DNA of 64,000 nt from Octopus vulgaris (Eukaryota), in assembly GCA_951406725.2 (NCBI GenBank), contig OX597814.1, positions 220,596,001-220,660,000 of the forward strand. The letters run 5' to 3'. The notes under the pieces are model-generated. The model ran no database searches. It saw only the letters and a program-made list of their open reading frames with translations, and was not told where the DNA came from. Positions 14,811 to 27,878 of this stretch are shown here, piece by piece (within the stretch, counting starts at the first letter, position 1; each line of letters opens with the position of its first letter). The translations under genes were made by a program, and so were the position numbers.

Positions 14811-15298
14811 TTAGTGATTTACAGCCTCAGGGAGGCAATGACAAGTGACTGAGACCTTTGATGATATGCTGTGCTTGAGAAGACCCATCAAGCCAAGTGA
14901 AATAGTATTTGTGGCCAATGCCAGTGTCATGTAACTGGTACCCATGTCAGTAGCACGTAAGCAACACCATTCGAATGTTGGGCCACATGGAAGCAGTGAC
15001 AAGTGACCAAGACCTTTGGCGATACACCATGCTTGAGAAGACCTGTCAAGTCAAGCGAGATCATAGTCGTGGTCAATGCCAGTGTTTCATAATTGGCCCC
15101 TGTGTCGGTGGCATGTAAGAAGTACCCACTACATTTCTAGAGTGGTTGGCATTAAGAAGGGCATCTAGCTGTAGAAATCACACCAAATCAGATTGGAACC
15201 TGGTGCAGCTCCCCAGCTCACCAGTTTTCAGTCAAATTGCCTAACCCATGCCAGCATGGAAAATGGGCATTAAATGCTGATGATGATGATGATGATGA
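14811..15298 (+). mobile_element. SINE family C, inserted in the mariner relic
   Basis: Ends 'aacccatgccagcatggaaaatgggcattaaatgct(gat)n'. It carries an internal duplication 'gacaagtgac.gagaccttt...tgcttgagaagacc'. Confidence 0.75.
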
Positions 15299-15422
15299 TC
15301 GAACTGATGACAAATACAAGACAACTCAAAGCATTTCAAAAGAACTAAATATCGACTATTCTACTATTGTTTGTCATTTGTACTACCACTGCAAAGTCAA
15401 AAATGTTTTAAAAATTGGGTGT

Positions 15423-15767
15423 CATCATCATCATCATCATCGTTTAGCGTCCGTTTTCCATGCTAGCATGGGTTGGACGGTTCTACTGGGGTCTGTGAAG
15501 CCAGAAGGCTTCATCAGGCCCAGTCAAATCTGGCAGTGTTTCTACGGCTGGATGCCCTTCCTAACGCCAACCACTCCGTGAGTGTAGTGGGTGCTTTTTA
15601 CGTGCCACCCGCACTGGTGCCAGACAAGGCTGGCAAACGACCACGAACGGATGGTGCTTTTTATGTGCCACCGGCACGAGGGCCAGGCGAGGCTGGCAAC
15701 GGACACGAAACGGGGCGGTGCTGGCAACGGTCGCGAAACGGAAAGTTCTCTTACATGCCACCGGCAA
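15423..15767 (-). mobile_element. SINE family C, inserted in the mariner relic in opposite orientation
   Basis: (CAT)n-cgtttagcgtccgttttccatgctagcatgggttggacgg... It is CpG-rich and looks young. Confidence 0.85.
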
Positions 15768-17062
15768 TATAAGCTGAAAAAAAAAATAGCTGTTACGAAA
15801 CCTGCTATGAGATTCTTTCACACAGCAAATAAAAACCATTTCTTGATTGTATTATGACATGATGAAAAATGGATTGTGTGTGACAACTAATGGTATTTTA
15901 TACAATGGCTGGATAAAGGAGAAGCTCGAAGATGTTTCAGCAAACTGAAGCTGCATCAAAAGAAAGTTCTGATCACTGTTTGGTGATCAGCATGTGACAT
16001 CATCCACAATTATTTCCTGAATCAATGGCAATCCCTTCCCAACAGAGAAGACTTTGCAAAAAAAAAAAAAAAAAAAAGAAAGACAAATGCATCAAAAACT
16101 GTGACAATTACACTCAGTATTAGTCACTTGGAAAGCACCAATTCTTCTCTAGGATAAAACCTAATCATATATCATGCAAATGACTCTGCAACAGTATATC
16201 AAACAGGGCTACAAAATTTTGTCTCATTCAGCCTACTCCCCCGACTTTTACCTGAGCAACAACCACTTTTCAGGCATCTAGGTAACTTCTTGTATGTGAA
16301 AGATTTTCATCAACCAAGCAGCAGTTTAATTCACCAATTCCAGGACTCCAGAATTCTATATCAGCAGAACGAATAAACTTGTTACTTTTTGGCAAAAAGT
16401 AGCTAGATTCTAATAATTACTATTTTGATTAATATAATTTATTCTGAGCTGAGGTGTAATTACTTTAAAGTTGATGCTTTAAAAAATTATTTGCTTAACA
16501 GTGACTGTTTATATAAGACAGACAGAGTTGTGGATATTTCATTTCAGTTTCAAGAGATTAGTGTACATAAGTCAAGACTGTTCGTGTACTATTTCATTTA
16601 TTTAAAGTAGTCATGACTTTAAATAAGTAAAATGGTACATATTTGTACTATTTTTAACAATAGTATAAATATTTAGTTCAGCAATCCTAATACATACTAA
16701 AATATTTACTTCATGACTCATAGATAAGTTTAGTTCCTATTCAATGAAAATATCCCAATCTGTTTTTAACTCCAGAACATTTGGAAATATTTAACACAAT
16801 ATATACACTTTTCATTGCTGATAGCTTACAACTAAAAAGTAACATGAATTTAGGAAAAGGACAGAAAAATTTATTATAAGTCTACTAGTGTGTTTTGACT
16901 TGACATCACAAGTAAAAAAAAAAAAATTAAAAAATGAAGTGCCATGCAAAACATAAAAAAAAATAATAAAGCCAGAGATATAAAGATAAAATGAAATTAT
17001 TATTCTTATTCTTCGACTCAAGTAATATTTGCAACAGATGTATATAAATAAATAACCTGAAA

Positions 17063-17104
<42 letters not shown>

Positions 17105-17583
17105 TTGAACATATGCAATAAAGCAATATACACTAATATTGATATTGTTTGTGTTTTATACTAAGAAATAAAAAAGACATATCTGATGACTGTCATATCA
17201 AAATTTTAAATAACCTGTGTACAATCATTAGTTTGAATTGCTTTTATACACACATATACACACATTCTTGACAGTATCTTAATAAAATAGTTCAAAATTT
17301 TAAACCATAAAACTTATGAAATACTGTCAAGAAAACATATCTTCTTATTACAAACAATTATGGGGAAAAAATAAATGAAAGAATAAATGAAAGCTACCAA
17401 CATACAAATGAATATTTATTGGCTTTGTTTATTTCAAGATCAACAATACTGGTTATCTTAATGGAGTTGTTACCCAGAAAACAGAATAGAAATTGTCGCA
17501 GAAAAGTTGAGAAAATTACATAATTTGCATTGAAGAATTTTCATTACATTAAAAATATAAATTTTAGATAGAAAATTAGAAAG

Positions 17584-17640
<57 letters not shown>

Positions 17641-18042
17641 TTCTGAGAAAGAAAGCTGGATTAATTTATGGACTAACACTGTAGAATTATAAATTGGTTT
17701 AAAAGCTTAAAAAAAATATTGAATTTATGCAAATGGACATTTCTACAACTAATTTGCATTGAAGAAATTTTCATTACATTAAAAATTAAATTATCTAGAC
17801 AAAAAAACAGAGAGTATCAGCAAGGAAAATGTTATTTAATTCGAAGGTAATTGCTGGATTAGAAAGGAGAAACCTAACAATTTTGATATAACCATGAATT
17901 TGAGTGACTCAGAGCATATACCTCATTGGTATATTCATATTATACAACATTAAAAAGGAGTTCCTGGAATAAATGGTTGGTCTACACATGGACGATCCTC
18001 TTTTTACTTTCCCTATTCTTCCCAACAGACCTCCAATTTTCA

Positions 18043-18678
18043 CTTAGAAATTTCTGAAAAAACATTGAACTACTTACAACATTAGGAACTAGAAAGTAGT
18101 TAATTTTCTAATTGTGACATTAGAACTTAAAGGCTTATATCATTCATACAATAAACACAACAAAATGTTAACAGAAAGTTCAGTCATGCTAGAGCGAGTA
18201 ATTAAGCCCTTTAAAAAGGGGGCTTCAACTAGACTTTCTGCTAATGGGAAGATATTTTCACAAAATGTGGACTACAACAGTTAAGTAAGGGCTGCATATA
18301 CCAATAAAGTGGAGGCGCAATGGCCCAGTGGTTAGGGCAGCGGACTAGCGGTCGTAGGATCGCGGTTTTTACTTTCTATGGCTGTAGTAACATAGAATTT
18401 GTGAGGAATAAAAAATATCTTAGAAATTTCTGAAAAAACATTGAACTACTTACAACATTAGGAACTAGAAAGTAGTTAATTTTCTAATTGTAACATTAGA
18501 ACTTAACAAAGGCTTAAATCATTCATAAAATGTTAACAGAAAGTCCCCGAGTCATGCTAGAGTGAGTAATTAAGTCCTTTATTAAGGGGGCTTCAGCAAG
18601 ACTTTCTGCTAATGGGAAGATATTTTCACAAAATGTGGACTACAACAGTTAAGCAAGGGCTGCATATACCAATAAAAT
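18043..18678 (+). repeat. About 260-bp direct duplication within the PLE relic, with a 5' SINE head between the copies
   Basis: 'cttagaaatttctgaaaaaacattgaactac...gggctgcatataccaataaa' at about 18043-18308 and 18420-18678. The SINE head 'gtggaggcgcaatggcccagtggttagggcagcggac' lies at 18310-18368. Confidence 0.9.
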
Positions 18679-18953
18679 TTGATTTGTCCCAGATGACAGG
18701 GATTTAAAAATGCATAAGGATAGTGAGCCATATTCACAAGTGCTCAGATGTAGTAACATGGAAGATCTAGAAAAGTTTTATTACAATAGCAGTAACAAGT
18801 ATTGATTACATGCTTCAGATCCAAGCTAACCGTTCACACCGTCAAAAACAACAGAAGCTAAAAAGAATTCTGTAGCTACAAAGCAGATACAGAAGATCTA
18901 ATATGAATCTGGAAGACTTAGGTAATAAACCTTAATTTACTAGAAGTACATGT

Positions 18954-19293
18954 GAAGACGCGTGGCTCAGTGGTTAGAGCATCGAGCTTACGATCGTGAG
19001 GTTGTGAGCTCGAATCCCGGACCGGGCTGCGTGATGTGTTCTCGAGCAAGACACTTTATTTCACGTTGCTCCAGTTCACTCAGCTGTAGAAATGAGTTGC
19101 GACGTCACAGGTGCCAAGCTGTATCAGCCCTTGCCTTTCCCTTGGACAACATCGGTGACGTGGAGAGGGGAGGCCGGTATGCATGGGCGACTGCTGGTCT
19201 TCCATAAAAAAACAACCTTGCCCAGACTTGTGCCTCAGAGGGTAACTCTCTAGGTGCAAACCCATGGTCAGTGTCTGACCGAAGGGGGTCACC
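18954..19293 (+). mobile_element. tRNA-derived SINE (D group), full-length
   Basis: A-box tggctcagtgg, B-box gctcgaatcc, central 'gagcaagacactttatttcacgttgctccagttcactcagctg'. ACATGT on both flanks is a possible TSD. The 3' half recurs inverted at 43575-43775. Confidence 0.85.
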
Positions 19294-20035
19294 ACATGTA
19301 ATAAATGCATGATAATCTGTACTTGGATGATAGTCATCATACCTAATATGACTTAAGAAGAATGGCTAAATTTAAAATTGACCATACACCACTCAATAGC
19401 AATAAAACAAGTAGAAACAGGTTATGCATGAGAAATACTACATGGTCCAAACCTAACATCTAAGGAATTCGTGAATTCCAAAAAACACTTCGCTTCTTAA
19501 ATAGATAAAATTTTATAACAGACATATATTGAATTTGGCATACTCCGCTTACAATAGCAATTAACAATAAAATAGTAATAGAGTTTACCTTTAATTATGC
19601 AAGTAAGAATTATACATGTCTATAGGGAGAGGGTGCACATGTGTGTATATGCTATCAATATGTATATATTTATATTCATATGTATATATATATATATATT
19701 CATATACAAATGTTAGTATTGTGTTGTTATAAGTGTTGAGTTCTATATTTAATCATCTATTTTTGAGAGGAATTTATATCATATAAATGTATTAACCACT
19801 AGTATATTGACTATATTAGCAGAATACTTTCTTGAAGGCTCACTGTGTATTTTCAAGGTCATTTACAGCACACTACACACCACAAAACAAAGTTAGATAG
19901 AAAGGTAATTGAGGATAAATATATCATCATTATCATTTTGCAACATCTATACTAACAAGGGTTGCATGGTAATGTCTGTTTGTGAATGCATGCTAGCATC
20001 TAAGGATGGGGTAATTATTTGAGTACAAACATACA

Positions 20036-20462
<427 letters not shown>

Positions 20463-21636
20463 AGTAGGTATAATCTTGGAGATAGGAAGATTTGGAGAGA
20501 AATAGAGAAAGAGAGGATTGTATTGAGAATTTTATAAATACATATTTTCTCGATGTCAGATATCTATAGCAAGACTTATGTAAACCAACCACAATAAGAG
20601 ATTACAATGAACAAAACAAGTTGTGTAGAGAACTTCCAAATAAATCTATTTTCAACTCCATGAATATAAGCGTAATAATGACAAAGATGATGGTGCTAAT
20701 GATGACGATGTGGATAATGATGATGATGTCAAGGAAGAATTCATTTGTGTGAGTTCAACGTAGCTATCTCCAACTGGAAATAGATTTAAAAAGATACCAT
20801 CAACAAACCTAACAACAGTACTTATGCATAATTATTGGGTATTTTCTTCAGATTGAAGATGTGTTCTTTAGATTTGGGTTCTTTCTTTTTTTTTTTTTAT
20901 TTAATTTGTTTTCCTTGTGTGTGTGTGTTTTTTATTTTATTTTATTTTATTTTATTTTATTAGCTTGGTTTAGTTTTTTTGTTTTTTTTTCTTTTTAGCT
21001 TTGCCTGTAAATTGCTAACAACTACTCAGTACATGTCTTGTTACAAAACAAAACATTACAACATGATCTTCATTACCGACCACCACCACTTACACATTGT
21101 CTTGTGAAATGTGTTTGTACACAAAGATTCTTGCACAAGTGATTGTCAGCCCATTTAAATGCAAAGAAACAGTCTCCCTGCAGTCAAACAACACAGAACT
21201 GAAACAAAAAGAGACTGGTTCTTGATTTTGCGTGCTTGGAATATGATGTTCATCATTGTTGTCGTTGCTGTTGTTGTTGTTGTACTTGTTGTTGTTGTAA
21301 TGTTGTTGTTATGTCATTTGCAGAAAATCTTCCCTGAGCAAATGCCAGCTGAAGCAAAGCAGAATGGGTAAGTAGAGAAGTACAATACAGTTTTCCTGTG
21401 TGTGTGTGCGTGTGTGTGTGTGTGTGTGTGTCCGTGTGTCCGTGTGTGTGTGTGTGTGTGTGTCCGTGTGTCCGTGTGTGTGTGTGTTTTGGTCTTTTTG
21501 TTTGATTTTTGTTTGATTTTTGTTTCATTGTCTTCTTGTGGAATTTCGGGATGGAAACGAAAGAAAGGTAAGAAAGAAAGAAATGGAAAAAAAAAAAAAA
21601 ATGGAAGGAAGGAAGGAAGGAAGGAAGTAACAACCT

Positions 21637-21667
<31 letters not shown>

Positions 21668-21859
21668 TTAAAGAAAAGAAAAAAATGAAGCAATGTGGAA
21701 CTAACATAAATTATACTCTGAAAACACACTAAAGACAGTATCAGAAAGAGGAGTAGGAGGTGGAGTAGGAGGGTAGATAAAAGATGTAAATAAACATAAA
21801 ATAATAAAGGTAGATAAGTAAATTACAGAAAGAAAAGAAAACATACTAATACAAACATA

Positions 21860-22145
21860 AACACACATACAAGCACACAGAAACACACACATATACACAT
21901 ACAAGCACACACATACAAGCACATAGAAACACACACATATACACATACAAGCACACACATAGAAACACACACATATACACATACAAGCACACACATACAA
22001 GCACATAGAAACACACACATATACACATACAAGCACACACATACAAGCACATAGAAACACACACATATACACATACAAGCACACACATACAAGCACATAG
22101 AAACACACACATATACACATACAAGCACACACATAGAAACATATA
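21860..22145. repeat. CA-derived minisatellite (acacatacaagcacatagaaacacacacatat modules)
   Basis: 'tagaaacacacacatatacacatacaagc' is repeated about 6 times. Confidence 0.9.
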
Positions 22146-23019
22146 CATATGTATACATAGAATACAATAAATGAATCTGTCAGGTTAGAATGAGTATTCT
22201 AATTGTTTGGTCACTGAATTATGAAGCAAGTGGGTGAGTACTCCACAGACTAGAGTACTTTTAATGTCATTCTCAAAGAGAATTAGTGTGACATAGTTTG
22301 TGACAAGACCAGTCCTTTCAATTACAACTACAGTCCATCAGAGAGGCTTCCTCACAATTTCCACCTGTCATATAGCAGTGCAAAGGTGAGAATTGACCCG
22401 AAGTTATGACAAAAGACACTCGTCTGAAATGCAGTGCTGTGGATTGAACCTGAGAATTCATAGATGCAAAGTGAACATCTTCACTATGACACACACATAT
22501 CAACAAATACACATACACACACACATACTAATGCACAGGGACACATACTAATAGAGACATTCACACATACACTATTACACAGATATAAACTAACACACAG
22601 CAATAGAGACGCATAAAAAATACTAACACAGACACACACACACACATTCAGCGACACATACACATGGATGCAAACAAAGAGATGCACTAATGCAGGTGCA
22701 TACAGACAGATGGATACATATAAACACAAATACATAAGTAACAAAGACGCACGCGCAAACATGTATAAAGACAACCATGCGCATATGTGCAGTCATTTTT
22801 ACCACAGTTGCATTGGATGAAATGGTGTTTTCTAAAACAGTGAATTTGTTTATTACTGTAAACAGACATGGATTGCTCAGATTATTGTCTACAAAAGCAT
22901 TAAATCGTGAAATAATTCAGAGGAGATTACTACTCCTTTGTGAGAAACAGATTTGGTGGCAGAGAGAAGTGTGGGTAACGGGGAGCAGGTACATTTCATA
23001 TTTCACTGTTTAAACTAAG

Positions 23020-23021
<2 letters not shown>

Positions 23022-23054
<33 letters not shown>

Positions 23055-23126
23055 GTGTGTATATGTATATATGAGTGAATATATATGTGTGTGTGTATGT
23101 ATGTGTGCATGCGTATATATAAGTAT

Positions 23127-23172
<46 letters not shown>

Positions 23173-23248
23173 ATATGTATGTATATGAGTGAATATATAG
23201 TGTGTGTGTATGTATGTGTGCATGCGTATATATAAGTATATACATGTG

Positions 23249-23280
<32 letters not shown>

Positions 23281-23357
23281 TATATGTGTGTGTATATGTA
23301 TATATGAGTGAATATATGTGTGTGTGTATGTATGTGTGTGTGCATATATATATGTAT

Positions 23358-23396
<39 letters not shown>

Positions 23397-23475
23397 TATA
23401 TGTGTGTGTATATGTATATATGAGAGAATATATATGTGTGTGTGTATGTATGTGTGCGTGCGTATATATATGTAT

Positions 23476-23520
<45 letters not shown>

Positions 23521-23570
23521 AATATATGTGTGTGTATATGTATATATGAGAGAATATATATGTGTGTGTG
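23022..23570. repeat. Higher-order microsatellite array with a unit of about 120 bp
   Basis: 'tatatgag(t/a)gaatatata...tgtatgtatgtgtg...(ta)n' recurs about 5 times. Confidence 0.85.
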
Positions 23571-24660
23571 CACACATTTGCATATATACGTGATGTATAG
23601 ACGCATGCATTTGTGTATATGTATATATATGTACACACATACATGTGCGTGTGTATATGCATGTATGAGTGAACATAATCTTCCTTCACATATGAGTAGG
23701 AAATATGAATATATAAAAAGAGGAGGAAGAAATCATACAAATAAATCATCGAAATCGTAACTGTATGCACGCACATGCACGTGCACACACATGCACACGT
23801 GCACACACATGCACACACGTGCACACACATGCATATGGTCACATACATACACATATATACACACAATGTCTCTTTACCTATATTGTGTGTTAACTATACA
23901 CATGTTAATGCTTACCCCACACACACACACACACACACAGAGAAATACATACTTTCACGGATAAGATACATGAACACACATACTCTGGGTGTGTTTGTTC
24001 ATGTGTCTCTTCCGCAAACACACACACACACACACATGTATATATATATATATATTTCATATACGCAAATCTTAAACTAGACTAGATCTTTTCAGAATGT
24101 TTCATATTAATGCAAACTAATATATGTTTGTGCACACATTTGCATATATACGTGATTATGCAGACGCATGCATTATGTGTATATACACGAGTATGTGTGT
24201 GTGTGTGTGTACACATGTGTATAGTGTATATAATCTTCCTTCACATATGAGTAGGAAATATGAATATATAAAAAGAGGAGGAAGAAATCATACAAATAAA
24301 TCATCGAAATCGTAACTGTATGCACGCACATGCACGTGCACACACATGCACACGTGCACACACATGCACACGTGCACACACATGCATATGGTCACATACA
24401 TACACATATATACACACAATGTCTCTTTACCTATATTGTTATTAATACTGCAAATATTTCTCTTCTTTCACCCCACATTTCCCCCCACCCAATTCTCAGC
24501 ATATCTTTTCCACGGATAAGAACTTATGAGGACAGAGCAGGGTGGGGAATCGTTTTAGAACACCCACTTTCTTTCCGCCTCACCCTCATCATACTTGTTT
24601 TTGTTTTTTTATTTGACGCAAATCTTAAACTAGACTAGATCTTTTCAGAATGTTTCATTA
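23560..24660 (+). repeat. Tandem duplication with a period of about 555 bp
   Basis: Near-identical 23675-23886 and 24230-24439; shared 24063-24105 and 24616-24658. Confidence 0.85.
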
Positions 24661-24667
24661 TAATACT

Positions 24668-24678
24668 ATATATATATT

Positions 24679-24730
<52 letters not shown>

Positions 24731-24829
24731 CATATATATGTACATATATATATATTTATATATATTTATACATACATATATATGTACATATACACACACA
24801 CACACATATATATTTATACACACACATAT

Positions 24830-24899
<70 letters not shown>

Positions 24900-25321
24900 T
24901 ATATATACTACATATATATTACCATATATATATATCCTTATATATATTTATACATACATATATATGTACATATATATATAATTATTGATATATATTTATA
25001 TTACATTAATTTACCCTTTATTATTATTTACATATATATGTATATATATATTGTACATATATATATATATATATATATATTTACATATATATGTATATAT
25101 ATATATTTACATATATATGTATACATATATATGTATATATATATATATTTATATATATATATACATACATATTTATGTACATATATATATATATATTATA
25201 TATATATACATACATATATATGTACATATATATATATATATATATATACATACATATATATGTACATATATATATATACATATATATATATATATTATAT
25301 ATATATATACATACATATATA

Positions 25322-25361
<40 letters not shown>

Positions 25362-25390
25362 TATACATATATATGTATATATATACATAC

Positions 25391-25423
<33 letters not shown>

Positions 25424-25488
25424 ATATACATACATATATATGTACATATATATATATATGTACATATATATATATACATACATATATA

Positions 25489-25538
<50 letters not shown>

Positions 25539-25578
25539 CATATATATGTACATATATATATATATACATACATATATA

Positions 25579-25647
<69 letters not shown>

Positions 25648-25677
25648 TACTTTATATATATTAGATTATATATATAC
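24668..25677. repeat. About 1-kb compound (TA)n/TACA microsatellite
   Basis: Almost entirely TA with interspersed 'catacatatatatgtaca'. Confidence 0.97.
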
Positions 25678-26135
25678 CGTGAGTTCATGGCTTGCAGGAC
25701 GGCCTGCTGCGCTAACCTCGGGTCGTAGAGTGACCCGCTGTTCTCGAGGAGACCTATCAAGTCAAGTACGTCAACACCAACTTATAAAAATCAAATGGAA
25801 ATTGTTGCTAAGACACCTGTGCCAGTGACATGTAAAAAGCACCATCCGAATGTTGCAGATGCCAGTGCCGCCTAACTGGCGTCCGTGGCGATGACACGTA
25901 AAAGCACCATCCGATCATGGCATTTGCCAGCCTGCTCTGGCATTGTGCCGGTGGCACGTAAAAGACACCCACTACACTCACAGAGCGGTCAGCATTAGGA
26001 AGGGCATCCAGCTGTAGAAACTCTGCCAAACCAAACTGGAGCCTGGTGCAGCCTTCATGGCTTACCAGACGTGTTTGAACCGTCCAACCCATGCTAGCAT
26101 GGAAAACAGACGTTAAAGGATGATGATGATAATGA

Positions 26136-26138
<3 letters not shown>
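25678..26138 (+). mobile_element. SINE family C, long copy
   Basis: Three or four 'gcacgtaaaagcaccatccga'-type units, then 'ttaggaagggcatccagctgtagaaac...aacccatgctagcatggaaaacagacgttaaaggatgatgat'. Confidence 0.85.
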
Positions 26139-26177
<39 letters not shown>

Positions 26178-26802
26178 CAGTTCTATATTTAAGAGATGAG
26201 GAATTATTTATATTATTTACATTCAACAGATATAAATCTTCTCTCTTCACTCTTTTGCATCACATGGGCTCAACTCTCTTCCCCTCTTCATGTAACCCTT
26301 CTCCTCTTCCTCTCACACCTACTTCCTCCCACCCACCTCTCCTCTCTTGCTCTGGCACCTACTTTCTCTCTTCACTCTTACCCACCTTCTCCCTTCATTG
26401 TCACCCCTCCCTCTTTACCTCACCCCTACACATTCCAATCCCACCATCTCTATACATTCCATCCCACACCACCCCATCCCTTAGACTCGACCACACCATA
26501 CCACACACACCACACCACATCACATCACACCACCCTGCACACACTAGCTCTGACAAATTCCCAGCACCTACATCATCATCCACACAACTACACATGCACA
26601 TCTCAAGGTCTCCAACCCCCTTCCACACGCACATACATGCTCTCACATATGCATGCACACCTTCATTTTGAGATCATCACTACTTTATTATCTCCCCTTC
26701 TTCCTAGCTCTCCTGTGTGACCCCTCTGTCTGGCATTCACCATGATAGATCGCTAGCCACTAAACCTTTTTCTATTTTCTCTCCCTGTTTATTTCTGTGT
26801 TC

Positions 26803-26838
26803 CTTTCTGTCGAAGAGCGTAGGCTCGAAATGTAAAAG
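26803..26838 (+). ncRNA. Minimal type I hammerhead-ribozyme-like motif (degenerate) in a probable Penelope-like terminal repeat (about 26717-26930)
   Basis: CUUU-CUGUCGA-A-GAGC-GUAG-GCUC-GAAA-UGUA-AAAG. Stem I is CUUU/AAAG, stem II is perfect, the cleavage triplet is GUA, and the core has A6>U. Confidence 0.55.
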
Positions 26839-27003
26839 ACTTTCTCACTTCCTGACCGTTAAACTAATAAATCTGTTTGTTGTTTACACACCCGTTTTTG
26901 TCATTTGTTTTTTTTGTAAATTCTCACTATATATACATATTAGTTTAAATATATATATTAGTTTAAATACATACATACATACATACATATATATATATTA
27001 GTT

Positions 27004-27059
<56 letters not shown>

Positions 27060-27138
27060 TTTAAATATATATATATATATATATATATTAGTTTAAATAT
27101 GTATATATATATATTAGTTTAAAGATATATATATATAT

Positions 27139-27170
<32 letters not shown>

Positions 27171-27171
<1 letters not shown>

Positions 27172-27541
27172 CTCGTTTCAGTCATTTGACTGCGGCCATG
27201 CTGAAGCACCGCCTTTAGTCGAGCAAATCGACCTCAGGAATAATTCTTTGTAAGCCTAGTACTTATTCTATCAGTCTCTTTTGCTGAACCGCTAGGTTAT
27301 GGGGACGTAAACACACCAGCATCGGTTGTCAAGCAATGCTAGGGGGACACAAACACAAACACATACACATATATATATATACATATATACGACGGGCTTC
27401 TTTCAGTTTCCGTCTACCAAATCCACTCACAAGGCATTGGTCGGCCCGGGGCTATAGCAGAAGACACTTGCCCAAGATGCCACGCAGTGGGACTGAACCC
27501 GGAACCATGTGGTTGGTTAGCAAGCTACTTACCACACAGCT
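27171..27541 (-). mobile_element. SINE family A
   Basis: Reverse complement of the 10171-10590 element. Confidence 0.9.
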
Positions 27542-27846
27542 ACTAAAAATAAGTATGTCATAAAAAAGCCAGAGAGAGAATTATTACGGAGGCAAAGGAA
27601 ACAATGGACAAGGAAAGTAAATGGAAGCCTTAGTCCACATAATAATCATTATGACAATAATCAGTAATATATTATTTCTATTTTTGTTACTGGTACAGTC
27701 TGTACCGTCAGCAAGCAACGACAATACATAAATTGGGTAAAACAATGGCTTCAAGCAAGACTACATGAATAGACATCTATTATATATGCTAAGGTCACTT
27801 GCACAGCTGGCCTCAACAACTAAAATAAACTAAGGATTCATTTACT

Positions 27847-27878
<32 letters not shown>

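Larger units (their letters stand above)
14458..16500 (+). mobile_element. Decayed Hsmar1-like mariner transposon; transposase pseudogene at about 14620-16430, interrupted by two family C SINEs
   Basis: Collinear translated remnants: IQALLLCDFK..ENTYNIN (N-terminal HTH), FHNGNKSHEE, TTQSISKELNIDYSTIVCHL, PFLDCIMT/DEKWIVCDN, QWLDKGEA..KLHQKKVLITVW, KAPILL*DK, GYKILSHSAYSPDF, HFFRHLGNFL. Degenerate left TIR 'taggttagtgca' at 14458. Many stops and frameshifts. Confidence 0.88.
17490..19520 (+). mobile_element. Decayed Penelope-like retroelement reverse transcriptase fragment
   Basis: Collinear translated remnants matching PLE RT motifs: FITLK; W-TNT..INWFKSLKKNIEFMQMDI; CWIRKEKPNNFDITM; GIFILYNIKKEF; VGLHMDD (equivalent to the GLYRDD catalytic motif, about 17975-17996); RKVVNFLIVTLEL; RNRLCMRNTTWSKP (equivalent to RNIIWFNPP). 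Stops and frameshifts are present. Interrupted by (TA)n and SINEs. Confidence 0.75.

Noticed and set aside
18954-19030. tRNA-like sequence with A and B boxes (also 18310 and 48034)
   Set aside because: It continues into a SINE body and I cannot fold a proper acceptor stem, so it is a SINE head and not a tRNA gene.
21324-21367. Plus-strand 44-nt segment with ttgcag| and |gtaagt
   Set aside because: Isolated, not frame-preserving, with no recognisable peptide or partner exons. It could not be supported.
26120-26720. ORFs of 174-183 aa rich in Pro, His, Ser and Thr
   Set aside because: Low-complexity C/A/T-rich tract open in several frames, adjacent to a repeat terminus, with no domain signature.
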